Shown here piece after piece: positions 49,201 to 60,044 of a stretch of DNA of 64,000 nt (positions within the stretch are counted from its first letter, which is position 1; each line of letters begins with the position of its first letter). The DNA comes from Candidatus Eiseniibacteriota bacterium (lineage in GTDB: Bacteria; Eisenbacteria; RBG-16-71-46; CAVPCR01). The notes below the pieces were generated by a model. That model was not told where the DNA came from. It saw nothing but the letters and a program-made list of their open reading frames with translations, and searched no databases. The stretch lies in the NCBI GenBank assembly GCA_963823555.1, contig CAWGMA010000004.1:256001-320000 (forward strand), given 5' to 3'. Made by a program: the position numbers and the translations under genes.

Positions 49201-51960
49201 CTACCATCGCGCCCTCCGTCGCACGAGCTTGAAGACCTCCGCCACCACCATGAAGACTGCCACGCCGATCGCCGCCAGCTTCCAGTCCGCGAGTGCCAGT
49301 CCTTCCTGTCCGAAGACGCGGTTCAAGAAGGGGTGGTAGATGCCAAAGAGAAGCAGGGCCGTTGACAGCGCCACGCCGGCGAGGAGCCAGTGGTTGGCGC
49401 CGACCCCGGTGCGGAAGATGGACTCCGTCGCGTGTCGCGCGTTGAAGGCATGGACGAGCTGGACCAGAGCCAGCGTGGCAAAGGCCATGGTCCGCGCCCT
49501 GGCGAGTCCGGCCTCGCCGCCTGAAGAGGATTCCAGAACGAACACGGCCAGGGTGATCAAGCTCATCGCGAGCCCGTGCACGAGAACGCTGGCGATGGCC
49601 GGCGGCGGGAACAGGCTGGCCCGTGGGTTGCGCGGCGGTCGCCGCATGATGTCGTGATCGGGCGGATCGACCCCGAGCGCCAGGGCCGGCGGCGTGTCGG
49701 TCACCAGGTTGAGCCAGAGGATCTGGATCGGGGTCAAGGGCAGCGGCATCCCGGCGGCCATCGTGAACAGCATGAGAAAGATCTCGGCGACATTGCACGA
49801 CAGGAGATAGATGATGAACTTCTGGATGTTATCGAGGATACGCCGGCCTTCCTCGACGGCGGCGATGATCGTCGCGAAGTTGTCATCCGTGAGGATGATA
49901 TCCGCTGCCTGCTTGGTCACGTCGCTGCCGGTGCGGCCCATGGCGACCCCGACATTCGCATGCTTGATCGCCGGCGCATCGTTGACGCCGTCCCCGGTCA
50001 TGGCCACGATCTGACCCTGGCTCCGGAGCGCGCGGACGATCTTGAGCTTGTTCTCCGGGCTCACGCGGGCGAAGACGGCGGGTACCTCACGCATCTCCGC
50101 CAGCGCCTGCTCCGGGATGAGATCGAGCTCCTGGCCGGCGAGAACACCGGTCGCCGCGGAGCCATCGGTGCCCCGCGGGTCGAGGATCCCGGTCTTGCCG
50201 GCGATCGCGGCGGCCGTCGCCTGGTGGTCGCCCGTGATCATATGGACGCGGATGCCCGCGGCTGATGCCCTTTCAACCGACGCGGCCGCCTCCGGCCGCG
50301 GCGGGTCGCTGAGTCCGACCAGACCGATGAAGGTCATCCCGTGCTCGACGTCCTCTGGCTCGACATCGAGGTCGTACTCACCGATCGTTCGCCAGGCGAG
50401 CCCGAGAACGCGTAGCCCGCGACCGGCCATTTCACTGTTCGCCTGCTCGATGAGGTGGCGTTCGTCGTCATCGAGAGGTGCCGCGCTGTCATGCCGCTGC
50501 CATGTCGTGGAAACCGCGAGCACCGCCTCGGGAGCGCCCTTGGTCAGCACGAGCACTCGTTCCTCGGGGGCTTCGTAGATGACGCTCATTCGTTTGCGCT
50601 GGCTGTCGAAGGGCAGCTCGGTCAGGAACTCATGGCTTGCAGCCAGCTCCGCCTTGCCGCGCCCGGCCTTGGAGGCCAGGACCTGAAGCGCCGCCTCGCT
50701 GGCATCCCCCACCACTTCCCACCCTTGCTCCTCGTCCTCCTGCAGCACTGCATTGTTACAGAGCGCCGCCGTCATGAGCGCGAGCTCGAGGGGCAAGCCG
50801 AAGGCCGTCACCGTCTCTCCGTCCTTCTGGATCTCGCCCGCAGGGCGGATGCCGGTTCCGGTAACGGTGAAGGAATCGCCAGCCACCCAGAGGTCCGTGG
50901 CCACCATGCGGCCTTCGGTGAGCGTTCCGGTCTTGTCCGAGCAGACGGCGGTCACCGAGCCCAGGGTCTCGACGGCGGGCAGGCGACGCACGATCGCGCT
51001 CCGGCGCGCCATGCGCTGCACGCCGACCGCCATGGTGACCGTGACGACGGCGACCAGGCCCTCGGGGATGACGGCGACGGCGAGGCTCACGGCCGTCATG
51101 ATGACCTCGCCCACGGCGCGACCCTGGATGAGCCCGATGGCGGCAATCAGGGCGCAGAGCGCAAGGCTCACCAGCACGAGCAGGCGGCCGAGCGCGGCGA
51201 GCTTGATCTGGAGCGGCGTCGGTTTCTCGCTCGGAATGGCGAGGGCGTCGGCAATGCGACCGATCTGGGTGTTGCGGCCGGTGGCGACGGCGATTCCCTT
51301 GCCGCGCCCGGCCGTGACGACCGTGCCCATGAACGCCATGTTGCGCCGGTCACCCAGCGGCACCCTCCGGCTCAGGATGACCTGGACGCCCTTCTCGACC
51401 GGCAGCGATTCCCCGGTTAGCACGGATTCCTCGATCTCGAGACCGACCACCTCGGCGAGTCGGATGTCGGCGGGAACCTGGTTCCCCTCGTCGAGGAAGA
51501 CGATGTCCCCCGGGACGACCTCCACGGCCGGAATGGTCTCCACCTGCCTCTCGCGCAGCACATGGGCCTCGGGCCCGGCCATCTCCCGCATCGAGGCCAG
51601 CGTTCGTTCGGCCTTGTATTCCTGGAAGAAGCCGATCACCGCGTTGGCCACGACGACGATGGCGATGACCACGGCGTCGCCGTAGTCGCGCATGGCGAGG
51701 GAGAGGATCGTGGCGCCGATCAGGATCAGCACCATGAAATCCATGAACTGCTTGGCGAAGAGGCGGAGGGGCGAGATCTGCGCCGGCTCGGGGAGGCGAT
51801 TGGGTCCGTGCGTGGCGAGGCGGTTTGCGGCCTCGTCGGCGGCAAGCCCTTGATCCAGGCGCGTTTCGAGCTGGGCGCAGATCTCCTCGACCTTGCGGCT
51901 GTAGTGGACCGCCTCGGCGGCCGGCGTTGCAGGGCCCGGTTGGGTGCCGGTCGTCATCAC
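49201..51960 (-). CDS. Type II cation-transporting P-type ATPase (Ca2+/Na+-like)
   Basis: LTGES, IPEGL, CSDKTGTLT, KGAPE, DPPR, MITGD, TGDGVNDAPA, QILWLNLVTD. Confidence 0.96.
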   Translation of the reverse strand: MMTTGTQPGPATPAAEAVHYSRKVEEICAQLETRLDQGLAADEAANRLATHGPNRLPEPAQISPLRLFAKQFMDFMVLILIGATILSLAMRDYGDAVVIAIVVVANAVIGFFQEYKAERTLASMREMAGPEAHVLRERQVETIPAVEVVPGDIVFLDEGNQVPADIRLAEVVGLEIEESVLTGESLPVEKGVQVILSRRVPLGDRRNMAFMGTVVTAGRGKGIAVATGRNTQIGRIADALAIPSEKPTPLQIKLAALGRLLVLVSLALCALIAAIGLIQGRAVGEVIMTAVSLAVAVIPEGLVAVVTVTMAVGVQRMARRSAIVRRLPAVETLGSVTAVCSDKTGTLTEGRMVATDLWVAGDSFTVTGTGIRPAGEIQKDGETVTAFGLPLELALMTAALCNNAVLQEDEEQGWEVVGDASEAALQVLASKAGRGKAELAASHEFLTELPFDSQRKRMSVIYEAPEERVLVLTKGAPEAVLAVSTTWQRHDSAAPLDDDERHLIEQANSEMAGRGLRVLGLAWRTIGEYDLDVEPEDVEHGMTFIGLVGLSDPPRPEAAASVERASAAGIRVHMITGDHQATAAAIAGKTGILDPRGTDGSAATGVLAGQELDLIPEQALAEMREVPAVFARVSPENKLKIVRALRSQGQIVAMTGDGVNDAPAIKHANVGVAMGRTGSDVTKQAADIILTDDNFATIIAAVEEGRRILDNIQKFIIYLLSCNVAEIFLMLFTMAAGMPLPLTPIQILWLNLVTDTPPALALGVDPPDHDIMRRPPRNPRASLFPPPAIASVLVHGLAMSLITLAVFVLESSSGGEAGLARARTMAFATLALVQLVHAFNARHATESIFRTGVGANHWLLAGVALSTALLLFGIYHPFLNRVFGQEGLALADWKLAAIGVAVFMVVAEVFKLVRRRARW

Positions 51961-52015
51961 CGCGGATCCTAGCGCATTCCGGTCCCCGCGGGCGATCTAG
52001 CGACCGCGGCGGGAA

Positions 52016-53101
52016 TCACACGTAGCGGACGTGCCGATCGGACCGGGGACCGAGATTCCACCGGGCGAGGAGAGAGCGGAACGCAGCGCGCGAGGACTGA
52101 CCGCTCACGGTGACGAGGAGGGCGCGCCAGGGTCGCCGGCGGAGCTCTTCGAGCGGGACAACAGGCGCATCGAGGATGCGCTCGCCGATCCGCCGCGGCT
52201 CGATCTCGGCGATGAACTCAGGGCGCGCGCCGATCCGCCGGAGCCACTGGCGCCAGGGGCGGGCGAACGGCGCCGCTCCCGCCAGCACGAAGCCTGGGCC
52301 ACGCATCAGATCGCCATCGAGGGTTTCGAGGTGCCTCTGCTTGAGTGCGGTGAAGGCCGCGCGACGATAGCGGGGATCGCTACGAGTCAGGCGTCGCGGC
52401 GAATCGCGCCAGGAGAGAAGAACCTCGGGCACCTTGCCGAGCGGGTGGCCGGCGGCATGGAGGCCAAGCCAGAGGTCATAGTCTTCGGGGAAGTCCCCAG
52501 CGCGATAGCCGCCGAGGTCGCGGACGATATCCGCGCGGTAGCAGACAGCGGGATGGATGAGGGGGCTCTCCACGAAGAGATCGCCGGCGATCGATTCAGG
52601 AGTGCTGTGATCGTTGGCCCAGTCGACATAGGCGCGCATGCCGGCGTTGCGCCGGCCGCCGAGGAGCTGGACCCGGCTGTCGGCGGCGACGATCGAGGGG
52701 TGGGCGCGGAGATAGGCGGCCTGGGCGCCGAGCCGATCCGGATGGGACACATCGTCGGCGTCCATGCGGGCCACGAGCGGGGCCCGGCAGAGAGAAAGAC
52801 CATGGTTCAGCGCGGCAACGATGCCCTGCGGGGGAGTGGTGACCACCCGGAGGCGGGAGTCTTCCCGGGCCCAGCGCTCGAGCAAGCCGGTGGTGCCATC
52901 CCGGCTGCCATCGTCGATGAGAATCCACTCCCAGCGGGTGAGGGTCTGCGCCCGGATGGACGCGATGGCCGCCTCGAGGTGCGGCCGGCCATCACGGACC
53001 GCCGTGAGAATGCTGACTTCCGGGTCTGGCAATGGTCGCTCGCTGGTGCCGCGGGGAGTCTGCCGGTGGCCTGGCTTCTTGCCATTCGCCGATCTTGACA
53101 C
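52016..53101 (-). CDS. Glycosyltransferase family 2
   Basis: IDDGSRDGT, GIVAALNHG, ARMDADD, HPAV, PEDYDLW. True start may lie downstream of 53101. Confidence 0.88.
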   Translation of the reverse strand: MSRSANGKKPGHRQTPRGTSERPLPDPEVSILTAVRDGRPHLEAAIASIRAQTLTRWEWILIDDGSRDGTTGLLERWAREDSRLRVVTTPPQGIVAALNHGLSLCRAPLVARMDADDVSHPDRLGAQAAYLRAHPSIVAADSRVQLLGGRRNAGMRAYVDWANDHSTPESIAGDLFVESPLIHPAVCYRADIVRDLGGYRAGDFPEDYDLWLGLHAAGHPLGKVPEVLLSWRDSPRRLTRSDPRYRRAAFTALKQRHLETLDGDLMRGPGFVLAGAAPFARPWRQWLRRIGARPEFIAEIEPRRIGERILDAPVVPLEELRRRPWRALLVTVSGQSSRAAFRSLLARWNLGPRSDRHVRYV

Positions 53102-53123
53102 TCGATATGCTGGATATTAGGAT
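53095..53123 (+). promoter_or_regulatory. Sigma70 promoter for the Rrf2 regulator
   Basis: TTGACA-N17-TAGGAT. Confidence 0.65.
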
Positions 53124-53211
53124 GACCAGGTGTTCAATTGGGTGCGAGGCGGCATTCGCCGTCCCTACCGCACCTTCGGCGCCGACGAAATGCTGACATG
53201 GGCCAGGATCA

Positions 53212-53634
53212 ATGATCTCGCAAACCGCCGAATACGCCATTCGCGCTCTGGGTTACATCGCCTCCCAGGGGGGGGAGCGCCGCATCCTGGCGCGTGAGAT
53301 CTCCCAGGAACTCAACGTCCCTGCCAACTACCTGTCGAAGATCCTGCACCATCTGGCCCGCTCGCGCATCCTCTCCTCGGCGCGAGGCGCCAGCGGTGGG
53401 TTCTCGCTGGCCCTCGATCCCGAGAGCGTCACTCTCCTCGATATCGTGAACCTCTTCGACGGGACGGCCACGCGCCGCGAGTGCTTTCTCGGGCAGGCGA
53501 TCTGCTCGGATGAGGACCCGTGTCACGTGCATCACCGCTGGAAGCCGGTGATCACGTCCTACCTCGAATTCCTCGGGCAGATGACGCTCGCCGAGATGGC
53601 GCGCCGCCCGCCCGACGCGCCGATCCAGCCCTAG
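53212..53634 (+). CDS. Rrf2-family transcriptional regulator with three Cys (probable Fe-S sensor)
   Basis: SQTAEYAIRAL, YLSKIL, S.RG..GGF.LA, CFLGQAICSDEDPC. Confidence 0.92.
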   Translation: MISQTAEYAIRALGYIASQGGERRILAREISQELNVPANYLSKILHHLARSRILSSARGASGGFSLALDPESVTLLDIVNLFDGTATRRECFLGQAICSDEDPCHVHHRWKPVITSYLEFLGQMTLAEMARRPPDAPIQP

Positions 53635-53660
53635 TCGGGTATCTATCGCCTCGGTCCGGG

Positions 53661-56104
53661 TCAGCCCTGGGCTGACTCGAGCGCCAGCTTCACGCCGGAC
53701 TCGCCGCGCTCGCCAGCGGCGAACGCCTGGATGTACCGGCGCACCGCCTGATACTGCGCGGCGCCGTCGAGTCCCGCTTCCTCCAGCACCTTGTACGCCT
53801 GGCCGCTTCCTGAATAGCGCCCCTTCGCGAATGCGTGCAGGCTCAGGGCGCGCCCTTCCTCCGAGGTGATCCAACGGTACATTGTGGGAAGCGTGAATCC
53901 CGTGATGCCCATGGCCTCGCGGGCGCGCGCGGCCGGGAAGATGCTCTGGCGTTCGGCCAGCGGTAACCGGTCGAACAGGCCGGGGCTCGTCACCAGGTAG
54001 ATGTTCATGCGAAAACCGTCGCGATCCAGTTGCGGCAGGACCTCGTCGACGAACGCGTAGACGACGCCGCTCTCCTGAAGGACGATCGTGCCGTGGTACG
54101 GCTTCGCGTCAGGATCGGCGGTGCGCAGAGCGTAGAGGCCCTTGGCCGCCGCGGTCGCCGGCGGGATCGAGAGCGCCGCGCGGTCCGGGACCTCTTCATT
54201 CGGGCGGGTGACGAAGGGCGCGAGCACAGCCGGTCGAGCCTTGAGGCCGGCGATGACGAGCGGCCACAGCTCCTGGGGTTCCCATGGCGTGAGGGTGATG
54301 CACACCCCCTCCGGGAAGTTCTCTTGCAGGAGCTGCAGCGCCTGCGGATCAGCGTGCGTCGGGCCATCCTCCCCGGTCTTGAGTCCGGCGTGAGCGCAGA
54401 CCATGATGAAGGTGTGCAGGGGATCACCGAAGGTCTCGTGACGCGCCTGCTGGCCGATACCGTGCAGGCGGGCCGCAACGTGCTCGAGCGCCGCGATGAA
54501 AGCCGCATAGGACGAACCGGCACCGATGTGAACGCCATAGGAGGCGAGTCCACCGAGCATCGCGCCGATCGAATCCTCACAGATGCCGCCGCCGGCGATG
54601 AGTCGGGTGCCGGCGTTCGAGCGGGCGTGATAGAAACCCTCGGCGAAACCCTGGTTCAGGTTGGCAACGCTCGTCGATCCGAGGAGATCCGCCGCTGCAC
54701 CGATGATCGCGCCGCGTGTGGCCCGGTTCACGTACCCGAGAGCGTCTCCGAGCGCGCCGCGCAGCGTGGTCTTCTTTCCGGGCGGTAGCGTGAGCTCGTC
54801 CGGAATCGATTCGACCTGGATCTCACTGCCATAGAGCGGCTTCAGATCCGGGGCTCCCGCCCGCGGTCTACGACCGTGCTGGACGAGGCGTTTCTTCCTG
54901 GCCTCGAGATGAGCCGCAAGTCGCGGCCCGAAGTCGCTCTTCTCGATCACTTGCCGGAAGACCAGAAGGGTGTTCCAGAACGTGCGCTCCACGTTCTCCG
55001 GCGAGTCGTCTCCTTGATGTCGCGGGAACTTCACGCCGAAGGTCTTCTCGGCTTCGGCCAGTGCGCCGTAGTATCCCTCCGAACAGAACTTGTGCCCGGC
55101 GCCGTGCGAGACACGCCCCTCGATCCCGTAGTGCCATCCCTTGATGGTGCGATAGACGATGGCGCTCGGCTGGTCGTTCGGGTGATGCCGGGCGAGGGTG
55201 ACGGCGGCGAGGACCTGGTGGAGGTCGCGGCCGTCATCGACACGGTAGACGTTCCAGTCGTGAAGATAGGCGAACTCGACGGGATCCCACTGCACGTACT
55301 CGCCTGGCACATCACCGTCGCGGCAGACGTGGTTGGAGTCGATCGAGGCCTGGTTCCAGTCGATGTGGATCGTGGCATTGGAGAGCCCGGCCGTGGCTGC
55401 GGTGGCGAACGCCTCAGCGACCCGCCCGGGCGTCATGCCGCCCTCGCCCTCCAGGAGATGGACCTGGGGTGCGTGGTCGGGCCCATAGGTGTCGATGGCG
55501 CCGAGCGCGAGCCCGATCGCCGCCGGGACTCCCACCCCCGAGGCTCCGGTGGCCAGACGCACACCGGGAGTTGCCGGAGTGGGATGGCCATCGAGCGCCT
55601 TGGAGCGGAACGATTCGAAGAGCGGCGTGCGGTTGGTCGGGTTGCGGCGGAACCCGAGGAGGTCCTCGAGGCGAAGCTGGTGTCGCTCGGCGCGCGGCAA
55701 GAGCGGGGGGAGCCGGCGCGCACGACCTCGTTGCGCAGCGCCCACATGGCGTAGAGGCCCATGGCCTTGTGCCCGGCGGCATAGACCAGGACATCATTGG
55801 CCGGGTCGTCGGGGTTGGAGAAGTCGTAGTCGAGGCCGGCGAAGAGCAGCGCGGCGACGATGCGCCCGGAGGATATGGATCCGCCAGGATGACCTGAAGT
55901 CGGCACGAAGTTGTAGAGCACCGCGCAGAGGGCACGGTAGAGCATGTCATAGCGTTCGAGATCGCCGACCAGGGCCGGGTCGGGGCGCGGCACGCCTGAG
56001 GGCAGGGATCCGGAGGCCAGGAGGTCGGCGACCGGAACAAAGACGGCCCGGCGCGGGCCGAGCTCGAAGGGGCGCGAGGGAATACTGGCGCTGGCGTGGT
56101 TCAT
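53661..56104 (-). CDS. Atypical long transketolase-like ThDP enzyme (about 814 aa), one frameshift at the G6 run 55705-55710
   Basis: TSGHPGGSIS, AAGHKA, LDGHP, TGASGVG, RTIKG, AADLLGST, GGICE, KTGEDGPTHADPQ; joins track ORFs 55433..56503 and 53661..55745. Start MNHAS (56104). Confidence 0.8.
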
Positions 56105-56237
56105 AGTCGGTTTCCTTCCCAACGCCAGGTCGCCTGAGATGGGTGACTGGAAGGAGACTAGCTCAATTGCAGCTCCCAGGCAAGAACAGGTAGCCCGGCT
56201 GGTCATCGAGCTCTCCAGCGACGAGCCCCGGGTTTGC

Positions 56238-57572
56238 CTAGCGAATGAGGACCAGGCGGCTGGTCTGCTCGTCACGGCCGGCGATGAGATGGCAAGTGTA
56301 GACTCCACTGGCCACAGATCGTCCGCCCTGATCCCGGCCATCCCACGGTAACGAGTGGATACCGGCCTCCTCCGGCTCCTGTTCGACGAGGCGCCGTACG
56401 AGGCGACCCGATGCATCGTGGATGGTGAGGTTGACCGTCGCCGCAGCGGGGAGTTCGTAGCGGATTGTGGTCTGCGGGTTGAACGGATTCGGACTGGCGA
56501 CAAGCGCCAGATTGGACATCACCGCGGGGGCGGGTGAGTCGATGATCGCCATCGAAGCCTCCGGCGTGAGAAGCAGCGGACCACTCTGCCCGGTGGTTGG
56601 ATTGCTCCCCCAGACCACCATGTGGCGCGCGTTGTTGATGGCGGCGCCGAAGCTGTTGAGCAGGTACCAGTGCCCCACTTCCGGCACGACCAGATCCTCG
56701 ATCAGAAACGTGCCCACTCCTTCCAAGGTGACATAGTTGGCGAGGTTGAGCCGCATGATCACGTCGCCCCGGTCATTCATGTCACAGGCCGTGTTGTAGG
56801 GCCCGCAAGTGCTGAGGATCTGCCACCCCGCCCCATCGGAATAGCGGGCCGCCTGGCGATCGCAGTTGGTGCTGGTCGCCAGGATCGCAGTACCTGCCAC
56901 CTGTCCCGATTCGTTGATCGCCACCGCTCGCGTGGCAAGGTAGCGGGGGCCCCCAGGTATGTCGGGTATGCCCAGATCCTCGGTGATCATGGTGTCGAGG
57001 TCCAGCCGCTTGGCAGTGAAGGATTGATCCACGAGGATTCGTCCATCATTGATGTCGACGGGATCGAAGATCCCGGTCGCCGACAGGTCCAGCACACCGC
57101 CGGGAGCGGTGAAGAGCACTGGATACCGGTAGGTTCCATCGGAGGAGTAGCCGACGATATCCCCGACGTTGTTGACAGCCGTGGCCCGGCTGACGGCCTG
57201 TCCAGCCAGTTCCCCGAGGAGCCGGACCGTGTATCCCCCCTGCCCGTCCCGCTCCCAGGCAGCCGCCTTGCCATTGAACTCGGGTGAAGTCAGAGGGCTC
57301 ACGGCGCCGACGATCACCCCGTCCTCATTGAGGTCGAGGGCGTTGCTGCTGGCCATACCGGCCGGCAAGGGAAGCAGCTCCAGAGGCCCATCCGGGCGAA
57401 CCACCAGGCCCCTTTCCGCGCCCCCGGCGGTGACCCGCCCCAGGATCTCGCCGCTTTCGTTGATCCGGCCGGGAATGAAGTCCCCCAGGAACTGGGCGGA
57501 ATACCGCGGCTGAGCGGCAGCGACCGATGGTAGAAGTAGCAGGGAAATCACCAGTTCGAAGAGCCGGCGCAT
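56238..57572 (-). CDS. Secreted beta-propeller repeat protein (extracellular HAF-like repeats) with C-terminal FlgD-Ig domain
   Basis: Signal peptide, repeated A..IN..G.IVG units, PNPFNP...WDGRDQGGRSVASGVY tail. Start MRRLF (57572). Confidence 0.8.
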   Translation of the reverse strand: MRRLFELVISLLLLPSVAAAQPRYSAQFLGDFIPGRINESGEILGRVTAGGAERGLVVRPDGPLELLPLPAGMASSNALDLNEDGVIVGAVSPLTSPEFNGKAAAWERDGQGGYTVRLLGELAGQAVSRATAVNNVGDIVGYSSDGTYRYPVLFTAPGGVLDLSATGIFDPVDINDGRILVDQSFTAKRLDLDTMITEDLGIPDIPGGPRYLATRAVAINESGQVAGTAILATSTNCDRQAARYSDGAGWQILSTCGPYNTACDMNDRGDVIMRLNLANYVTLEGVGTFLIEDLVVPEVGHWYLLNSFGAAINNARHMVVWGSNPTTGQSGPLLLTPEASMAIIDSPAPAVMSNLALVASPNPFNPQTTIRYELPAAATVNLTIHDASGRLVRRLVEQEPEEAGIHSLPWDGRDQGGRSVASGVYTCHLIAGRDEQTSRLVLIR

Positions 57573-57660
57573 GGTCAGTACCTCGAGGTGGGTTGTCTTT
57601 GCTCGATTCCGGGATACAATCAGGATACAGAGGCCTGCCGGGTGAGGGAAATACCCGAGA

Positions 57661-58566
57661 TCAGCGTGGCGGGTCTCGCACGGCCTCCAGGTCCAGCGAT
57701 TCCAGGAACTCGCGGACAACGGCGCCGACATCCCGCCCCTCGCCATCCACCGCGTAGTTCATCCGCCGCATCTGGTCGGCCGAGATGCGCCCCGCCAGCT
57801 GCTCCAGAGCCGCACGCACCTCCGGGTGCCGCCGCAGGGTCTCCGCCCGCGCGATGGGAACGGCTTCGTAGGGCGGGAAGTAGTGACGGTCGTCCTCCAG
57901 CACCGCCAGGTCGAGGGCCATGATCGGTCCATCCGTCGAATTGCCGGCCACGAGGTCGACCTGGTGTTCGGCCAGCGCCCGGTAGAGGAGTCCCAGATCC
58001 ATGATCCGTGGCGGAGCGGCGAAGTGCCATCCATAGGCCTTTGCCAGACCCGGGTAGCCGTCCGGCCGCTCGAGGAACTCGTAGCCGAAACCCGCCCGCC
58101 ACTCCGGGGTGTGCTGCGCTGCGTCCGAGAGGGTTCGCAGGCCCAGTCGGCGTGCGTCCTCGCCGCGCACCACGAGGGCGAAGGTGTTCTCGAATCCCAG
58201 TGACGGGGTGACGGCAAGTCCGAACTGCGATGCATAACCCTGCTGCACGATATGAAACGCCTGCGCTGCATCGTGAACGACCGGTTCCTTGAGAATGACG
58301 GTGAGCGCCGTCCCGGTGTACTCGACATAGGCGTCGATGCGGCCCGAGACCAGCGCCTGGTGGGCGATATACGTTCCTCCCAGGTAGAAGCGTCTCTCGG
58401 TCTTGATCCCGGTGCGCGTTTCGATGTGCTGGGCGAGAAGCTCGCTGAGCACGACCTGCTCGGTGAAGTTCTTCGAGCCGATGACGATGCGATCGTCTCG
58501 CCCGCGGCCGCAGGCCGCGACGAGGAGCCCCAGCGAGAGGAGGCAGGCGGCCCGGATGGTCGTCAT
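57661..58566 (-). CDS. Quaternary-amine (betaine/ergothioneine-type) ABC transporter substrate-binding lipoprotein
   Basis: Lipobox LVAAC, IVIGSKNFTEQ, EYTGT, EFLERPDGY, LEDDRHYFPPY. Start MTTIR (58566). Confidence 0.9.
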   Translation of the reverse strand: MTTIRAACLLSLGLLVAACGRGRDDRIVIGSKNFTEQVVLSELLAQHIETRTGIKTERRFYLGGTYIAHQALVSGRIDAYVEYTGTALTVILKEPVVHDAAQAFHIVQQGYASQFGLAVTPSLGFENTFALVVRGEDARRLGLRTLSDAAQHTPEWRAGFGYEFLERPDGYPGLAKAYGWHFAAPPRIMDLGLLYRALAEHQVDLVAGNSTDGPIMALDLAVLEDDRHYFPPYEAVPIARAETLRRHPEVRAALEQLAGRISADQMRRMNYAVDGEGRDVGAVVREFLESLDLEAVRDPPR

Positions 58567-59210
58567 CGTTGCACTCGCAGGCGGCGCTCGGCCACGCCGA
58601 GAAGAGCATCCACGAGCAAGGCCAGAAGGGCGGCGGGCACGGCGCCGGCCAGGATCAGGGGGTTGGAGACGGACGCCAGTCCGCGAAAGATGAACTCCCC
58701 CAGACCGCCGGCGCCGACGGCGGCGGCAATGGTGGCGACACCGACGCTCGTCACCGCCGCGACGCGAATGCCGGCCAGGATCACCGCCATGGCCAGGGGC
58801 AGTTCGACCTCGAGCAGGAGCTGGAGGTCCGTCATGCCCATGCCCACCGCGGCCTCGCGGACAGCAGGATCGATGCCTCGGATTCCGGTATAGGTGTTGC
58901 GGAGAATGGGAAGCAGTGCATAGAGCGTGAGGGCCACGATCGCCAGCCGATCGGCCCGCGCGCCCAGCCACGGCAACGGCAAGAGGAAGCCGAAGAGAGC
59001 CAGACTGGGCACGGTCTGCATGATGTTGGCGCCGCCCAGGATGAGCTTGCTCAGAGCTCCTGAGGGCCCCGGCCGCCGGACCAGGACGACACCCAGGGGT
59101 ACCCCGATCAGGATCGCGAACAGCATCGACACGCCCACCAGCCACAGATGTTCGGCCGCGAGCGTCATGATCTGGCTCATGTTGCTGCGAACAAAGCTCA
59201 CCGCATCCAC
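58563..59210 (-). CDS. Quaternary-amine ABC transporter permease
   Basis: QTVPSLALFG, YALLPILRNT, EAAVGMGMT, AGGLG. Confidence 0.93.
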   Translation of the reverse strand: MDAVSFVRSNMSQIMTLAAEHLWLVGVSMLFAILIGVPLGVVLVRRPGPSGALSKLILGGANIMQTVPSLALFGFLLPLPWLGARADRLAIVALTLYALLPILRNTYTGIRGIDPAVREAAVGMGMTDLQLLLEVELPLAMAVILAGIRVAAVTSVGVATIAAAVGAGGLGEFIFRGLASVSNPLILAGAVPAALLALLVDALLGVAERRLRVQR

Positions 59211-59231
59211 GGCGACACAGCCCTCCTCTCC

Positions 59232-60011
59232 TTAGCGGTCCGGTTTCGGCCCCAGAGCGAAGGCGGAAACGTACGCCGCCGCCACCGGATCGCTCGTGCT
59301 CATGAACTCATCGGGCGAGAAGATCCCGGACAGCCTGCCATCTTCGAGCAGCGCGATCCGCGTGCCCAGGAGAAGAGCTTCGCGCAGATCATGGGTCACG
59401 AAGACCACTGTCTTGCGCAATCGGTTCTTCAAGTTCCTGAACTGCTGCTGGAGATCCGCACGGGTGATGGCGTCGAGCGCTCCGAATGGTTCATCCATGA
59501 GCAGGAGTTCCGGGTTCGCAGCGAGGGCTCGGGCCACGCCGACACGCTGCCGCTGCCCGCCGGAAAGAGCGCGGGGATAGCGCCGCGAGAACTCGCCGGG
59601 GTCGAGCCCCACCAACTCGAGCATCTCCTCGACGCGTGCCCTGACGCGGGGGGCCGGCCAGCGCGCGAGCCGGGGCACGATGCCGACATTCCGCTCGACC
59701 GTGAAATGCGGCAAGAGGCCCGTGTCCTGGATGACGTAGCCGGTGCGTCGCCGGAGCGCAATCGGATCCCAGTCCCGTGTCGATACGCCCTCGACCATCA
59801 CCTGTCCGCTCGTCGGTTCGAGCAGCCGGTTGATCAGCTTGAGCGCGGTGGTCTTCCCGGAACCGCTGCGGCCGAGGAGGATGAGGGTCTCCCCCCTGCG
59901 AATCTCGAGGTGCAGTTCGTGCAGGATCGGTTTGACGGCGCCGCTGTCCGGGACAGGCACCGCAAAGCTCGCGGCGCGAAACTCGACCTCGATCGGAGCG
60001 GGATCATCCAC
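59232..60011 (-). CDS. Quaternary-amine ABC transporter ATP-binding protein
   Basis: GRSGSGKTT, LSGGQRQRVGVARA, MDEPFGALD. GTG at 60011 preferred because TTGACA-N18-TAGCTT lies just upstream. Confidence 0.93.
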   Translation of the reverse strand: MDDPAPIEVEFRAASFAVPVPDSGAVKPILHELHLEIRRGETLILLGRSGSGKTTALKLINRLLEPTSGQVMVEGVSTRDWDPIALRRRTGYVIQDTGLLPHFTVERNVGIVPRLARWPAPRVRARVEEMLELVGLDPGEFSRRYPRALSGGQRQRVGVARALAANPELLLMDEPFGALDAITRADLQQQFRNLKNRLRKTVVFVTHDLREALLLGTRIALLEDGRLSGIFSPDEFMSTSDPVAAAYVSAFALGPKPDR

Positions 60012-60044
60012 AGCAGCAAAGCTAACAAGCAGCGCTCGCAAGTG

